A DNA stretch of 64,000 nt from an uncultured Chitinophagaceae bacterium (lineage in GTDB: Bacteria; Bacteroidota; Bacteroidia; Chitinophagales; Chitinophagaceae): positions 352,402 through 416,401 of the forward strand of contig CAWEEK010000005.1 of assembly GCA_963808065.1 (NCBI GenBank), read 5' to 3'. Below, piece by piece: positions 11,108 through 28,741 of the stretch; within the stretch, counting starts at the first letter, position 1, and each line of letters starts with the position of its first letter. The notes under the pieces were generated by a model. That model worked only from the letters and a program-made list of their open reading frames with translations, made no database searches and was not told the origin of the DNA. The translations under genes and the position numbers were made by a program.

Positions 11108-12577
11108 TTAGATTGCGATCAGGTTGTCGTCCCTGGTTTCAAGTAAGGAATAACCCATCAGGAATTCGTCAACCTTGCGCGCGCATTCGCGTCCTTCACT
11201 GATGGCCCAAACGACCAGCGACTGCCCTCTGCGCATGTCCCCTGCGGTGAAAATTTTCTGAATGCTGGTCTGATAAGATTTTTCGCTGGCGCTAACATTG
11301 CCACGGTCATCCAGTTCCACTGCCAGATCACCGATCAGGCCCGTCATGTTGAGGATGTAGAAAGCCCATCGCAAGAAATGCCAGCTCACAGGGGATTTCC
11401 TTTTCCGAACCTGCGACCTCTGAGAAATGCGCCCTGGCATCCCTCGCCCATCTTCCATTCCAGTTCAACGATCCTTAATGCCCGAAGGTTGCCCTTTCCA
11501 TCGCCAATAAATTCCTTGGTGGCAACAGCCCATTGTCTCTCCACACCTTCTTCATGTGAAGAGGATATTTTAAGCACCATCGGATAGGTGGGCCATGGCA
11601 TCATCTGTGTCCTGTTTTCAGGAGGTTTGGGCAACAATTCAAATTGGGTAACAGATTTGCGCCCTGCCTGTTCGATGTACCCACACAATCCGAACCGGTA
11701 TCACCACCACCAATCACCACCACATTTTTACCTGTTGCAAGAATAGGGTCCGATGACTTATCCCATCTTCCACTCACTCGTTTATTCTGTTGTTTCAGAA
11801 AATCCATCGCAAAATGAATTCCCTTCAAATCCCTTCCCGGAATCGTCAGATCCCTTGGTATGGTGGAACCGCCCGTAAGAACAATGGCATGGTATTCTCT
11901 CAGCAGATCATTGATACTAACGTCAACTCCCACATCCGCATTGCATTTGAATACAATACCTTCTTCTTCCATCAAAGCGATCCTTCTGTCGATCACCCAT
12001 TTTTCGAGTTTAAAATCAGGGATGCCATATCGCAACAAGCCACCGGGCGCATCATCTCTTTCAAAAACAGTAACCGAATGACCCGCATAGTTCAGTTGCG
12101 CAGCAGCTGCAAGGCCGGCAGGGCCAGAACCAACTACGGCTACTTTTTTGCCTGTACGCACATTTGGTTTAACGGGTTTTACAAAGCCTTTCTCAAAAGC
12201 AATCTCAATAATATGCTTTTCAATTTCTTCGATGGTAACCGCGGGCTGATTGATACCGAGTACACAGGCGCTTTCGCAGGGTGCCGGACAGATCCGTCCT
12301 GTAAATTCAGGAAAATTATTGGTCGAGTTAAGAATATCATAAGCTTCCTTCCAGCTCTGGCGGTAAACGGCATCATTGAATTCAGGAATGATATTTCCCA
12401 GAGGACAACCGCTGTGACAAAAGGGAACTCCGCAATCCATGCACCGTGCTGCCTGCTGGTTTAATTTTGGTCAGTATATCTTTCAATAAATTCATTGTAA
12501 TCATGCAAGTCTTTCCTGCACCGGCCTTTTGGCCGGCAATTCTCTTGTAAATTCTAGAAACCTGTTGGTTTTCCCAT
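11108..12577 (-). pseudogene. gltD: Glutamate synthase small subunit, multiple frameshifts
   Basis: Minus-strand start reads MGKPTGF then a stop. Later fragments carry CMDCGVPFCHSGCPLGNIIPEFND and VAVVGSGPAGLAAAAQL. Fragments 11601-12440, 11386-11688 and 11108-11458 are in different frames. Confidence 0.85.
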
Positions 12578-12616
12578 TTATTCCTTGCTCTAAGTTAATT
12601 TTTGAAAACATATCGT

Positions 12617-17173
<4,557 letters not shown>

Positions 17174-17347
17174 TATCTATTGGGTTTTAGAAATTATTCA
17201 ATAAAAATAGACGGTTTTCTAATAGGATATTGAAAATCACTAGCAAGCAACTCGACTGAAAATACGAATAAAACTGCCTAAAAAATCGTCGGAGATTATC
17301 TTTGCAGAATTCTTAGACCAGGTAACCGAACAGGTCATCGTTTTTGT

Positions 17348-18575
17348 TTAGTTCGGTGTAAGCTGAATTTCCTGGTTTTCAGATTCTGCGATCAACTGAT
17401 CATAATCCCTCCGGCTTTTAAGTTCAATTCCAACCAGGCCGGACCAGTTTCCTTATTGTCTTCTGCATGTATTCAAACCGGGTAATATCGTCATTTGGCC
17501 CCAGCACATTATTCACAAATTCTTTCAAAGCACCGGGTCGTTGCGCAAACCGGATCAGGAAATAATGTTTCAGCCCTTCGTATTGCAAGACCTTTCTTTG
17601 ATCTCCTGCATCCGGTCGATATCATTATTACTGCCGCTGACAATACATACCACATTTTTCCCGTTGATCTCGTCTGCATAATCATCCAGGCCTGCAATAG
17701 ACAATGCTCCTGCAGGTTCAACTACGATCGCATCTTCATTATACAGTTTAAAAATGGTTGAACAATCTTTCCTTCCGGCACCAGGTGCATGTCGTCCAGT
17801 ACTTCACTTGCAAATGCTGAAAGTAAGATCGCCCACTCTTTTCACAGCAGCGCCATCAACAAAACTGTTCGATGGTTTCAAGCGTAACCGGATGACCGGC
17901 TTTCAATGCTTCATACATGGATGGGGCACCTTCGGGTTCGAGTCCGATGATTTTTGTTTTGGGAGAATAGGTTTTGAAATAGGTGCCCACACCCGCACCA
18001 AGCCCTCCACCGCCAACAGGCACAAACAGATAATCGATGTCCTGGAGGTCTTCATAGAATTTCAACGCCTACCGTTCCCTGTCCTTCGATGATCCTGTAG
18101 ATCATCAAAAGGAGGAATGAAAATCATATTATTTTCTTCAGTGTATTGTCTGTGCGGCAACAGCACAATCATCATAATGTATCGCCACTCAGTTTTACTT
18201 CAATAGCATTCTTCTCCAAACATTTTTGTCTGATTCACTTTCTGTTTAGGTGTGATGATGGGCATGAACACAACTCCTTTTACATTCAGTCTTTTTGCAA
18301 CTGATAAGCAAAACCCTGGGCATGATTACCTGCACTGGCACAAACAACCCCCTTCTGCAGTTGCATCGGGGCAGACTGCTCATCATGTTGTAGGCACCCC
18401 GCAGTTTGTACGAACGTACTACCTGCAGGTCTTCTCTTTTCAGATACACATTGCCTTGTATTTCCTGGAAAGGTTTTGATTCAAAGCTAAGCGGCGTTCT
18501 GTTCACCACCTTTCTCAATCGCTCGGTAGCTGCATTGAAGTCAATCACCATGCCTGGTTTTGTTGAGAAATTCAT
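17348..18575 (-). pseudogene. ilvA: Threonine dehydratase (biosynthetic), several frameshifts
   Basis: NVYLKREDLQVVRSYKLRGAYN and FVPVGGGGLGAGVGTYFK motifs lie in separate fragments. C-terminus translated by me as ...ELKSRRDYDQLIAESENQEIQLTPN*. Confidence 0.8.
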
Positions 18576-18718
18576 TTCTTTCGAATTTTTGAAACGAGTT
18601 ACTGGGTTTTGGCAAAAAAGCGGGAGACAGTACCTGGTCAATCTCCGCTGATAAATTATATGCCGCTTTCGACCGGAATAAGTTTACTGCTCACGCCTAG
18701 CTTACAGCGCCGAAAATT

Positions 18719-19796
18719 TCAGATCCTTTGGGCTGTTCGCCTGACAGCTTTCTGATTTTCAGGCCGAAGACTTCTTACGGTTTTACCAGCCTGCCACATT
18801 TCGCTTTCGCGAAGTTCTTTCAGTTCAACTTCAGTTTTTCACGATAATCAGGTTTACTGTTGCTTTCAATAGAGCGTTCTGCTTCTTTTCCGGCAGCAAC
18901 ACTTTCATACAATTCTGTGAAAACAGGCAGTGTAGCATCGCGGAATTTCTTCCACCAGTCCAGTGCACCGCGTTGTGCAGTAGTAGAACAGTTGGCATAC
19001 ATCCAGTCCATTCCATTTTCAGCAACCAGTGGCATCAGTGATTGCGTAAGTTCTTCAACTGTTTCATTAAATGCTTCAGAAGGTGAATGACCTTTCTTGC
19101 GCAGCACTTCATATTGTGCAGCAAAAATTCCCTGTATGGCACCCATCAGTGTTCCTCTTTCGCCGGTAAGATCACTGATATACTTCTTTCTTGAAATCTG
19201 TTTCAAACAGATAACCGCTACCGACGGCAATACCCAGTGCAACTACTCTTTCAAATGCTTTGCCGGTAGCATCCTGGAAAATGGCATAGCTGCTGTTCAA
19301 ACCACGGCCCTGCAAAAACATTCTGCGAAGAGAAGTTCCTGAACCTTTTGGTGCAACCAGGAATACATCAACATCTGTAGGAGGAACAATTCCGGTTTGT
19401 TCGTTGATACGTAATACCAAAACCATGAGAAAAATATAATGCTTTTCCTGTAGTAAGATGTTTTTTAACTGTTGGCCACAATTGAATCTGTGCAGCATCG
19501 CTGAGCAGATAACAGATGATGGTTCCTTTTTCAAGTGCTTCTTCAATTTCGAACAATGTTTCACCGGGAACAAATCCATCGCTTAACGCTTTATCCCAGG
19601 ATTTTGAATTTTTACGTTGACCAACGATTACATTAATGCCATTGTCTTTTTGGTTCAGTGCCTGGCCCGGACCCTGAACGCCATAGCCGATCACTGCTAC
19701 TACTTCATTTTTTAGAACTTCCTGTGCTTTAGACAACGGAAATTCTTCGCGTGTTACGACATTTTCTTCAACGCCACCGAAATTTAATTTTGCCAT
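18719..19796 (-). pseudogene. ilvC: Ketol-acid reductoisomerase, about 3 frameshifts
   Basis: N-terminus MAKLNFGGVEENVVTREEF..VIGYGVQGPGQALNQKDNG. Fragments are 19368-19796, 19172-19579 and 18820-19242. The C-terminal tail ELKELRESEMWQAGK continues in another frame to 18719. Confidence 0.85.
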
Positions 19797-19958
19797 GTGA
19801 TTATTGTAAGATTATTATGAGATATGAAATACATAAAAAATAAAAATGAAAAATTAAAACTTAAAAATCAAAGTTAAATTGTCCTGAAATTCGGTTATCT
19901 ATAGATGAAATTGCCTTCCTTTTGATTTTTAATTCTTGATTTTTGATTTATCTGCAAT

Positions 19959-20547
19959 TTACATCGTAAACACTTCTTCCTGCTTGTCCAGGAATTCATT
20001 TTCCACTATCTCTGTTCCTGGTTCCGCTTTTTCAAATTCCTTCAAGCTTTTCATGGAATCCATTGCTCGCTTTAATAATAGCCACCCTTGCGCTCCTCAC
20101 AAATTCAATCAATCCATAGGGTTCAAAGACTTTAACCAGTTTATCGGTTTCTTCGCGATGACCTGTTGTTTCGAAAATGGTATAATCTTTCCGGATCACT
20201 ACTGCTCTTGCCCCATATTCGCGAAGCAATCTTTCCACTTTTACTTTTTCAGCAATCTCATCGGTAGATACTTTATACAAAGCCAGTTCCTGCCAGACGA
20301 TTTCTTCGTTGGTATTATAATATGCTTTTAATACTTCCACCTGTTTTTCAATCTGGCGGACCAGTTTCCTAACTACTTCTTCCGTTTCATTGATCACAAT
20401 CGTAAACCGATGAATGCCTTCAATTTCAGAAGGAGAAGTATTCAGACTTTCAACATTGATCTTTCTTCTGGAAAAGATGATGGCAATACGGTTCAGCAAA
20501 CCGATCTGGTTTTCTGTGTATACCGTTATGGTATATTCCTGTTTCAT
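19959..20547 (-). pseudogene. ilvN: Acetolactate synthase small subunit with one apparent C-terminal frameshift. The ACT core at 20032-20547 is intact.
   Basis: MKQEYTITVYTENQIGLLNRIAIIFSRRKINVESL (ACT domain). After ...HEKL the sequence continues in another frame as KEFEKAEPGTEIVENEFLDKQEEVFTM*. Confidence 0.7.
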
Positions 20548-20567
20548 ATAATTTAAAGTTGTTAAAG

Positions 20568-22324
20568 TTATTTCAATCTGATCTCAGCACACACTGCATC
20601 CCTGCGGCACCATCGGAAATACATTATTTTCTTTTCCTACCATTACTTCCAGCAAATAGGCTCCATTATGATCCAGCATTGTCTTTTAATGCATCTTTCA
20701 AATTCTCTCGTTTCATTAATACTGTTGTCCGGCATATACCATATCCTTTGGCCACCATTACAAAATCAGGACTGGTGATGTCAACAAATGAATATCGTTT
20801 TTCATGAAACAATTGCTGCCACTGCCGTACCATTCCAAGAAACTCGATTATTGAGGATCAGGATCTTTACATTAACTTCGCTTTGCATGATCGTTCCCAG
20901 TTCCTGCAAGGTCATCTGAAAACCACCATCGCCAATAATGGCAACCACTGTTCTTTCGGGTGCGCCAAATTTTGCACCGATGGCTGCGGGCAATGCAAAA
21001 CCCATGGTGCCCAATCCACCCGAAGTAATATTACTTTTTGATTGATTGAACTTTGCATACCGGCAGGCTACCATCTGGTGCTGGCCCACATCGGTCACAA
21101 TGATCGCATCGCCTCCTGTCAGTTCATTGAGTACATTGATCACTTCTCCCATCGTCATGTATTTCAGCAGTAGGATTCAGTTCTTCATAGATGCACCGAT
21201 TCTATCTTCCTGTTTCATGTACTCTTTAAACTTCTGCACCCATTGCGGATATGACTTTCTGTTCAATCAGTTCGGTAAGCAAGGGCAAGTGTTTCTTTAC
21301 AATCACCCCAAACAGGCACAGTTGCTTTTACATTCTTATCAATTTCTGCAGGGTCAATATCAAGATGAATAACCTTTGCCTGCTTGGCATATTTATCGAG
21401 CCGTCCGGTAACACGGTCATCGAAACGCATACCAATGGCAATCAGCACATCACATTCATTGGTGAAAACATTTGGTCCATAATTGCCATGCATGCCCAGC
21501 ATGCCCACATTCAGCGGATGATCGGTTGGCAATGCACTTAGACCAAGTATGGTCCAGGCTGCCGGGATACCCGACTTTTTCAATAAATGCTTTGAATTCC
21601 TTTTCTGCTTTTCCAAGAATCACTCCCTGTCCAAAAATCACAAATGGTTTTTCTGCTTCGTTGATCAGTTTCGCAGCTTCTTCAATATATTCTTTGCGCA
21701 CAATTGGTTTTGGACGATAACTGCGGATATGATCGCACTTTGTATATCCTTCATAGTCGAACTTTTGAAGCTGTGCATTTTTTGTAATATCAATCAATAC
21801 CGGGCCTGGCCTGCCGCTTCTGGCAATATAAAATGCTTTTGCCAGCACAGATGGAATTTCGGTGGCATCGGTCACCTGGTAATTCCATTTGGTAACCGGC
21901 GTAGTGATATTGATCACATCTGTTTCCTGGAAGGCATCCGTTCCCAGCAAGTGAGCAAATACCTGCCCGGTAATACAAACCAGCGGTGTGCTGTCGATCA
22001 TGTGCATCTGCCAGACCGGTCACCAGGTTGGTGGCACCGGGTCCACTGGTGGCAAACACCACTCCCACTTTCCCGGAAGTCCGTGCATAACCCTGTGCTG
22101 CATGAATGCCACCCTGTTCATGACGAACAAGAATATGTTTCAGTTTTTCACTGATAATCGTACAAGGGCATCATAGATAGGCATGATAGCGCCACCGGGA
22201 TAACCGAAAATGGTTTCAACACCTTCTGCCAGCAATGCAACAAGTACTGCTTCCGAACCAGTGATCGACTTCAGTTCGGTTTCTGCTGCACAGGCAGTAC
22301 GGCGGTTTCTTGTAATGTGTCCAT
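20568..22324 (-). pseudogene. ilvB: Acetolactate synthase large subunit, at least 5 frameshifts
   Basis: Fragments contain [21 protein letters not shown] and the TPP-binding block GGLGTMGFALPAAIGAKFG..IIGDGGFQMTLQELGT. They are spread over three frames. Confidence 0.85.
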
Positions 22325-22417
22325 TTTGTATGGTTTGATATTTTCTAACCTTTTTTTATTCGTTAACCTATTTCATCCAGCGCAAATTGCAATCACATGC
22401 AAACTCATTAAATCCAT

Positions 22418-24105
22418 TTATTCTTCATCCGTCACACATCCTTCAGCGGCATTCTTCACATGCTTTGCATATTTATACAGAATTCCTTTTGTTGCTTTCA
22501 ATGCCGGTTGTTTCCATCCTTTCTTTCTTTCGGCAATCTCTTCATCACTAACTTTCAGGGTCATGCTGTTTTGTTGCCACATCCATTTCGATAATCGATC
22601 ATTATCTTTCACCAAAGCAATCAGTCCGCCTTCATATGCTTCAGGAGTGATATGCCCACCACAAAACCATGTGTGCCACCACTAAATCTTCCATCGGTAA
22701 TCAATGCAACCGATTTTCCAAGACCTGCACCAATGATCGCTGAAGTTGGTTTCAACATTTCCGGCATTCCCGGTGCACCTTTTGGCCCACATACCGGATC
22801 ACCACTACATCGCCTGCTTTTACTCTTCCCGAACTGAATGCCCTTGATCAGTTCAAATTCACCATCGAAAACCCTGGCCGGTCCTTCAAACTTCTCTCCT
22901 TCTTTACCCGTGATCTTTGCAACACTTCCACCTTCCGCAAGATTTCCGTAAATATCTGCAGGTGACCTGTTTTCTTGATCGGGTTTTCAAGAGGAAGAAT
23001 AATTTTTTGTTTTTCAAAATCAAGGTCGGGAACATCTGCCAGATTTTCTGCAAGTGTCTTTCCGGTTACCGTCAGACAGTCGCCATGCAAGAATCCTTGT
23101 TCAATAAATATTTCATCACTGCAGGCACCCCGCCATATTCATGAAGATCCTGCATCAGGTATTTTCCACTGGGTTTAAAATCAGCAAGCACCGGAATCCT
23201 GTCGCTGATCGCCTGGAAATCATCCTGCGTCAATCCTGACGTCCACACTTTTCGCCATGGCAATCAGGTGCAGCACTGCATTTGTGCTTCCACCCAGCAC
23301 CATGATCACCACCATGGCATTTTCAAATGCTTTGCGCGTCATGATATCAGAAGGCATAATATTTTTTTCCAGCAAGTGCCGGATGGCTTTTCCCGCATCC
23401 AGGCATTCCTTTTTTTTCTCTTCGCTAAGGGCAGGATTTGAAGATGAATAAGGCAGACTCATTCCCAGTGCTTCAATGGCCGCGGCCATGGTATTGGCAG
23501 TGTACATTCCACCACATGCACCTGCACCGGGACAGGACTGCTTGTACAATATCCTTTAAAATCTTCCTCGCTAAGTTGTCCGGCGATTTTTTGTCCAAGT
23601 GCTTCAAAAGCAGAAATGATATTCAGGTCCTGTCCTTTATAATGACCAGGCGCAATGGTTCCGCCATACACCATGATCGCCGGGCGGTTCAGTCGGCCCA
23701 TCGCCATGATTGAGCCCGGCATATTTTTATCGCAACCGGGTAATGCGATCAATGCATCATAATACTGTGCTCCGCAAACTGCTTCAATCGAATCGGCAAT
23801 AATATCGCGGCTCACCAGCGAATAACGCATGCCTTCGGTTCCATTGCTGATACCATCGCTTACGCCAATGGTATTAAAGATCAGACCCACCAGATCATTA
23901 TCCCAGACACCCTGTTTTACAATTTTTGCAAGTTCGTTGAGGTGCATATTGCAGGTATTGCCATCATAGCCCATACTCACAATACCAACCTGTGCTTTCT
24001 TCAGATCTCTTCCGTTAGCCCAATGCCATACAGCATGGCCTGTGCGGCTGGCTGTGTCTGGTCCTGCGTAATCGTTTTTGAATACTTGTTTAGTTCTGCT
24101 GACAT
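22418..24105 (-). pseudogene. ilvD: Dihydroxy-acid dehydratase, at least 5 frameshifts
   Basis: Start [15 protein letters not shown] reaches a stop after about 33 codons. Later fragments carry [27 protein letters not shown] and the C-terminal ...AAEGCVTDEE*. Confidence 0.9.
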
Positions 24106-24126
24106 TGTATTTTTTCCATTGTTAAT

Positions 24127-24154
24127 AAAAAAACCCGCCTCGTGGGAGGCGGGT
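24127..24154 (-). terminator. Attenuator terminator immediately upstream of ilvD
   Basis: Minus strand reads ACCCGCCTC-CCAC-GAGGCGGGT followed by TTTTTTT. It ends about 20 nt before the ilvD ATG at 24105. Confidence 0.8.
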
Positions 24155-24176
24155 CGCTATATCTTTTTGTTGTATG

Positions 24177-24251
24177 CTAACATCCACCTCCATGCAATGC
24201 AGGAATAATAACGACCACCACAATAACTAATGGAAGAAAGGTGCTGATCAT
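24177..24251 (-). CDS. ilv operon leader peptide (24 aa, MISTFLPLVIVVVVIIPALHGGGC)
   Basis: Translated by me from the minus strand. 12 of 24 residues are Val, Ile or Leu, including the run LVIVVVVII. The 3' coding segment GGAGGTGG can pair with CCGCCTCC in the terminator 5' arm, giving an antiterminator. Confidence 0.7.
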   Translation of the reverse strand: MISTFLPLVIVVVVIIPALHGGGC

Positions 24252-24380
24252 ATTTTTTACCTGGGTGCTGAACATGAAGGTTCGTTGAAGTACGAAGATA
24301 CTACCGCCTGTTTAAAGTACAAAGAACTTTTTTGGCTTCAGTGGGATATGGATTAAAAATATTACGCCTAACCCTGATGG

Positions 24381-25495
24381 TTAGATGATGGTCGACTTAC
24401 TCAATGATATATTATTTCCGTTGACAACTGATGGTATGCGGTTCTCCACATAATCACGGATCAGATCGCCAATCGTTGTGGTTGAATAACTGTTTGTTGC
24501 ATCGATATCCTTGCTTACAAATCCATTTTCAAGTGTCCAGTCTACAGCCGTGCTGACCAGTGCGGCTTCTTTGGCAGTCCGAAATGATCCAGGAGCATGG
24601 CTGCCGACAAAATAGATCCAAGCGGGTTGGCAATGTCCTTTCCCGCCGCCTGCGGATATGATCCATGTATCGGTTCGAAAAGGGCGGCAGTGGTTCCAAC
24701 CGATGCGGATGGCAGCAAGCCCAGGGAGCCGCTGATCACAGTGGCTTCGTCACTGATGATGTCGCCAAACATATTCTCGGTAAGTACCACATCAAATTGT
24801 TTCGGGTTCAGAATGATCTGCATGGCCGCATTATCAACGAACATGTAATCAACCTTTACATCAGTGTATTGCGCACAAAGGTCCTGTACCGTTCTGCGCC
24901 ATAGCCTGGAAGTTTCGAGCACATTAGCCTTGTCGACCAGTGTTAGCTTTTTATACCTTTTCATCGCGTATCCGAATGCCAGATGGGCTACCCGTTCAAT
25001 TTCTTCCCTGCTGTAAGAACATTCATCCGTAGCATAAGTCTGCTCGGCATTGGTTTCCTTTTTGCCAAAATAGATGCCGCCGGTGAGCTCGCGGAAGATG
25101 ATAAAGTCGACGCCTTCAAGTTGTTTATTCTTCAGCGGCGAAAGATGATGCAGGGCGGGATAGGTGGAAACCGGGCGTATGTTGGCAAACAATCCAAGAG
25201 ATTTCCTCAGTTTCAGGAGCCCCTGTTCCGGTCGCACTTTGGCATTGGGGTCGTTGTCGTATTTGGGATGACCGATTGCCCCAAATAGAATGGCATCGCT
25301 CTGCAGACAAACCTCAACGGTTTCGTCAGGCAGCGGATTGCCCGTTTTGTCGATGGCATCGGCGCCCATCAGGCAATATGAATAATTGAAATGATGCCCG
25401 AATTGCTGGGCAATCGCATCCAGTATTTTGATCGACTGCTGCGTCACTTCCGGGCCAATACCATCTCCTAATATTACTGCTATGTTCTTCTGCAT
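24381..25495 (-). pseudogene. leuB: 3-isopropylmalate dehydrogenase with one apparent frameshift near the C-terminus
   Basis: MQKNIAVILGDGIGPEV...LTENMFGDIISDEA. The ORF stops at 24542, but the sequence continues in another frame (EAALVSTAVDWTLENGFVSKDID...) to 24381. Confidence 0.85.
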
Positions 25496-25536
25496 TGTTA
25501 AGGTTTGATTCTCGGGATTGAGGATTTTTATATGAA

Positions 25537-26121
25537 TCAGGCCTCCGTTTTTTCAAAGGCTTCTATGTCGGTTCTAATGCTCAGCAGGTAATCGATGTCG
25601 TCATAACCATTGAGCATACATGTTTTTTTATAGTCATTGATCTCGAAATTTTCGCTGTTGCCAGTACGGTTATTCGTGATCTTTTGTTCCTTCAGGTCGA
25701 TGGTCAGCGTGGAATATTCATCACCCTGGAATATCTCCTCGAGAAATGCGTCGGTGACCCGTACAGGGAGAAGTCCGTTGTTGAGCGCATTGTTCTTGAA
25801 TATGTCGGCGAAGAAGCTGGATACCACTGCCCGGAATCCGTAATCGGTCAGTGACCAGGCAGCATGTTCACGCGATGATCCCGAACCAAAATTTTTGCCC
25901 GCCACCAGGATCTCGCCATGGTACCGGGGCTGATTCAGAACAAAATCTTTTTTCGGCTGTGCCTCATCGTTATTGATGTACCGCCAGTCCCTGAAAAGGT
26001 TCTTACCAAAACCGTCCCGGGTTGTCGCTTTGAGAAAGCGTGCGGGAATGATCTGGTCTGTATCCACGTTTTCAATGGGCAATGGAACAAATGTGGAAGT
26101 TAATATGGTGAATGCTTTCAT
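25537..26121 (-). CDS. leuD: 3-isopropylmalate dehydratase small subunit
   Basis: [31 protein letters not shown]. Intact. I chose the start at the internal Met of track ORF 25537-26145. Confidence 0.9.
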   Translation of the reverse strand: MKAFTILTSTFVPLPIENVDTDQIIPARFLKATTRDGFGKNLFRDWRYINNDEAQPKKDFVLNQPRYHGEILVAGKNFGSGSSREHAAWSLTDYGFRAVVSSFFADIFKNNALNNGLLPVRVTDAFLEEIFQGDEYSTLTIDLKEQKITNNRTGNSENFEINDYKKTCMLNGYDDIDYLLSIRTDIEAFEKTEA

Positions 26122-26131
26122 GTGTTGCTGA

Positions 26132-27532
26132 TTATTGAAGTTCACGAACGTCGGTGACCACTCCTGTAAGCGCGGAGGCTGCTGCGGTCAATGGACTGGC
26201 GAGCAGCGTTCTTGCTCCTGCCCCCTGTCGTCCTTCAAAATTTCTGTTGGATGTTGAAATGCAGTATTCTCCTGCCGGTATTTTGTCTTCATTCATACCC
26301 AGGCAGGCGCTGCATCCCGGCTGGCGGATGGCGAAACCTGCTTCCTGGAATATTTTATCAAGGCCTTCTTTTACCACCTGGAGGGCCACCTGTTGTGAAC
26401 CGGGCACGATCATCACTTCCACGTTGCTGGATTTTTTCTTTCCTTTTACAATGGAAGCAACAAGGCGCAGGTCTTCAATTCTTGAATTCGTACAACTGCC
26501 GATAAAAATATGTTTGACGGGCATGCCCAGCAATGGTTTCCCAGACTGCAGCCCCATGTAATCAAGAGCCTTGACGATATTTCTACGCTCTCCCTCATCA
26601 GGTATCTTATCCGTTTCGGGAATCAGGCCATTGATGGCAATGCCAAGACCCGGATTGGTACCATAGGTAATCATGGGTTCGATATCGGCGGCGGCGATGT
26701 TGATCTCCACGTCAAACTGAGCACCTTCGTCGGAATACAATTCTTTCCAGCCCTTCATCTTTCTGTCGAGCTGTTCATGAGATGGCGCAAACAGCCGACC
26801 TTTCATGTAATCAAAAGTGGTCTCATCCGGCGCAATCATTCCACCACGTGCGCCCATTTCAATACTCATATTACAGATGGTCATCCGCGCTTCCATACTA
26901 AGGTTCCGAATGGCCGAGCCCGCATACTCGACAAAATAACCTGTGGCACCGCTGGCTGATATTTTAGCAATGATGTATAAGATAATGTCTTTCGAAACGA
27001 CCCCGTTAGGAAGTTCGCCGTCGATGTTGATCCGCATTTGTTTTGGCTTGCTTTGCAGCAGGCACTGACTCGCAAATACCATTTCCACTTCACTGGTGCC
27101 AATTCCAAAGGCAATAGAACCAAAGGCTCCGTGCGTTGAAGTATGGCTGTCGCCGCAAACTATGGTCATTCCCGGCTGTGTGATGCCCAGCTCGGGTCCG
27201 ATCACATGCACAATCCCCTGGAAGGGATGACCCAGGCCGTAGAGTTCGATATTATGGTTCTTACAATTTTCAATCAGTTTGTTCACCTGGTGCCGTGAAA
27301 GTTCATCCTTGATGGGAAGATGCTGGTCGATGGTTGGCACATTGTGGTCGGCAGTGGCCACTACCTGCTGGGGTCGAAACACTTCCAATCCCCTGTTCTC
27401 AATTCCTTTAAACGCCTGGGGACTGGTCACTTCATGAATGAAGTGTTTGTCGATGTAAAGCACTGATGGGCCATTGGGAATGGATTTCACAATATGCTTT
27501 TCCCAGATCTTATCAAATAATGTTTTTGGCAT
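26132..27532 (-). CDS. leuC: 3-isopropylmalate dehydratase large subunit
   Basis: 466 aa aconitase-family protein with [14 protein letters not shown] and [11 protein letters not shown]. Intact. Confidence 0.95.
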   Translation of the reverse strand: MPKTLFDKIWEKHIVKSIPNGPSVLYIDKHFIHEVTSPQAFKGIENRGLEVFRPQQVVATADHNVPTIDQHLPIKDELSRHQVNKLIENCKNHNIELYGLGHPFQGIVHVIGPELGITQPGMTIVCGDSHTSTHGAFGSIAFGIGTSEVEMVFASQCLLQSKPKQMRINIDGELPNGVVSKDIILYIIAKISASGATGYFVEYAGSAIRNLSMEARMTICNMSIEMGARGGMIAPDETTFDYMKGRLFAPSHEQLDRKMKGWKELYSDEGAQFDVEINIAAADIEPMITYGTNPGLGIAINGLIPETDKIPDEGERRNIVKALDYMGLQSGKPLLGMPVKHIFIGSCTNSRIEDLRLVASIVKGKKKSSNVEVMIVPGSQQVALQVVKEGLDKIFQEAGFAIRQPGCSACLGMNEDKIPAGEYCISTSNRNFEGRQGAGARTLLASPLTAAASALTGVVTDVRELQ

Positions 27533-27570
27533 GATGGAATGAGTTCTTTTATAAAAATGCGCTGGATGGT

Positions 27571-28741
27571 TCAGGCATTTACTGTTTTTTTCACGTATTC
27601 ATTGGCAAGTATCCTGAGGTCCTCTTCCATTACTTCTTTTCTCTGGTCGGCAACTTCAAGAAACCTTGGGTAAAGCACATCGATATCATTTCTGGTGTAT
27701 TCATATCCGAGTTTATGAAAGCGGTGGGCCAGCGCGCTCCTGCCGCTTCTTGCTGTGAGTACGATCTTTGAAAGTTCAGCGCCCACTTCCTCGGGATTGA
27801 TGATCTCATAAGTCAGGGCATCTTTCAAAAACCCGTCCTGGTGAATGCCAGATGAATGTGAGAAGGCATTGGCGCCGACAATGGCTTTGTTCGACTGCAC
27901 CGGCATGCGCATAGTGTCGCTCACCAGCCTGCTCATCGGATTAAGCATTTTTGCATTGATGCCGGTATAGAAACCCATGCTTGTATGTTGCTTAATGATC
28001 ATCACCACTTCTTCCAGTGAAGTATTGCCTGCGCGTTCGCCAAGACCATTGATGGTGCATTCGATCTGCCTTGCTCCATTCATAATACCCGCGATGGAGT
28101 TAGCCGTAGCCAGCCCAAGGTCATTATGACAATGGCAGGAAATCACCGCCTTGTCAATATTCGAAACATTGTTCAACGAGGTAGGCGATTTTTTCACCAT
28201 ATTGATGAGGCAGACAGTAACCGGTGGTGTCGGGAATATTCACCGTCGTCGCTCCCGCAGCGATGACTGCTTCGATCACACTGGCCAGATAATCATTGTC
28301 TGATCTTCCGGCGTCTTCAGCATAGAATTCAACATCATCGGTAAAATTTCTGGCCCATTTGACACATTGCACTGCTCTTTTGAGAATATCCTCACGATTT
28401 GAATTGAATTTGCTTTTGATGTGAAAATCGGAGGTGCCGATTCCGGTATGGATCCGGGGCCGTTTCGCTTTTTTTATGGCTTCTCCGGCCACTTCGATAT
28501 CTTTTTGCACCGCCCGGCTCAACGCACAGACTGATGCTTTGGTGATGATGGCGGAAATTTCCTGAACAGAACTGAAATCTCCCGGGCTGGAAATCGGGAA
28601 ACCCGCTTCAAGTATGTCTACACCCAATTCTTCCAGTCGAAGTGCCAGGTCAATCTTTTCCCGTGTGTTGAGTTTGCAGCCAGGCACCTGTTCGCCATCG
28701 CGAAGGGTGGTGTCGAAAATCAGGATCTTTTTATCTGACAT
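27571..28741 (-). pseudogene. leuA: 2-isopropylmalate synthase with one frameshift near 28154-28200
   Basis: [16 protein letters not shown] lies in fragment 28154-28741 and [13 protein letters not shown] in fragment 27571-28200. The two overlap in different frames. Confidence 0.85.

Noticed and set aside
11790-12464. Long antisense ORFs opposite real genes, for example 11790-12464 (+), 13280-13828 (+), 35868-36407 (+), 37316-37891 (+), 47128-48036 (+) and 45501-45977 (-).
   Set aside because: They are shadow ORFs on the strand opposite well-supported genes. Their composition is low-complexity or atypical, and I recognise no motifs.
19797-19958. The AT-rich ilvN-ilvC spacer with the imperfect inverted repeat TTAAAAATCAAAG / CTTTTGATTTTTAA.
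   Set aside because: This is low-complexity AT-rich sequence. The inverted repeat is imperfect, has a long loop and has no flanking signal, so there is not enough evidence to call a regulatory element or a MITE.
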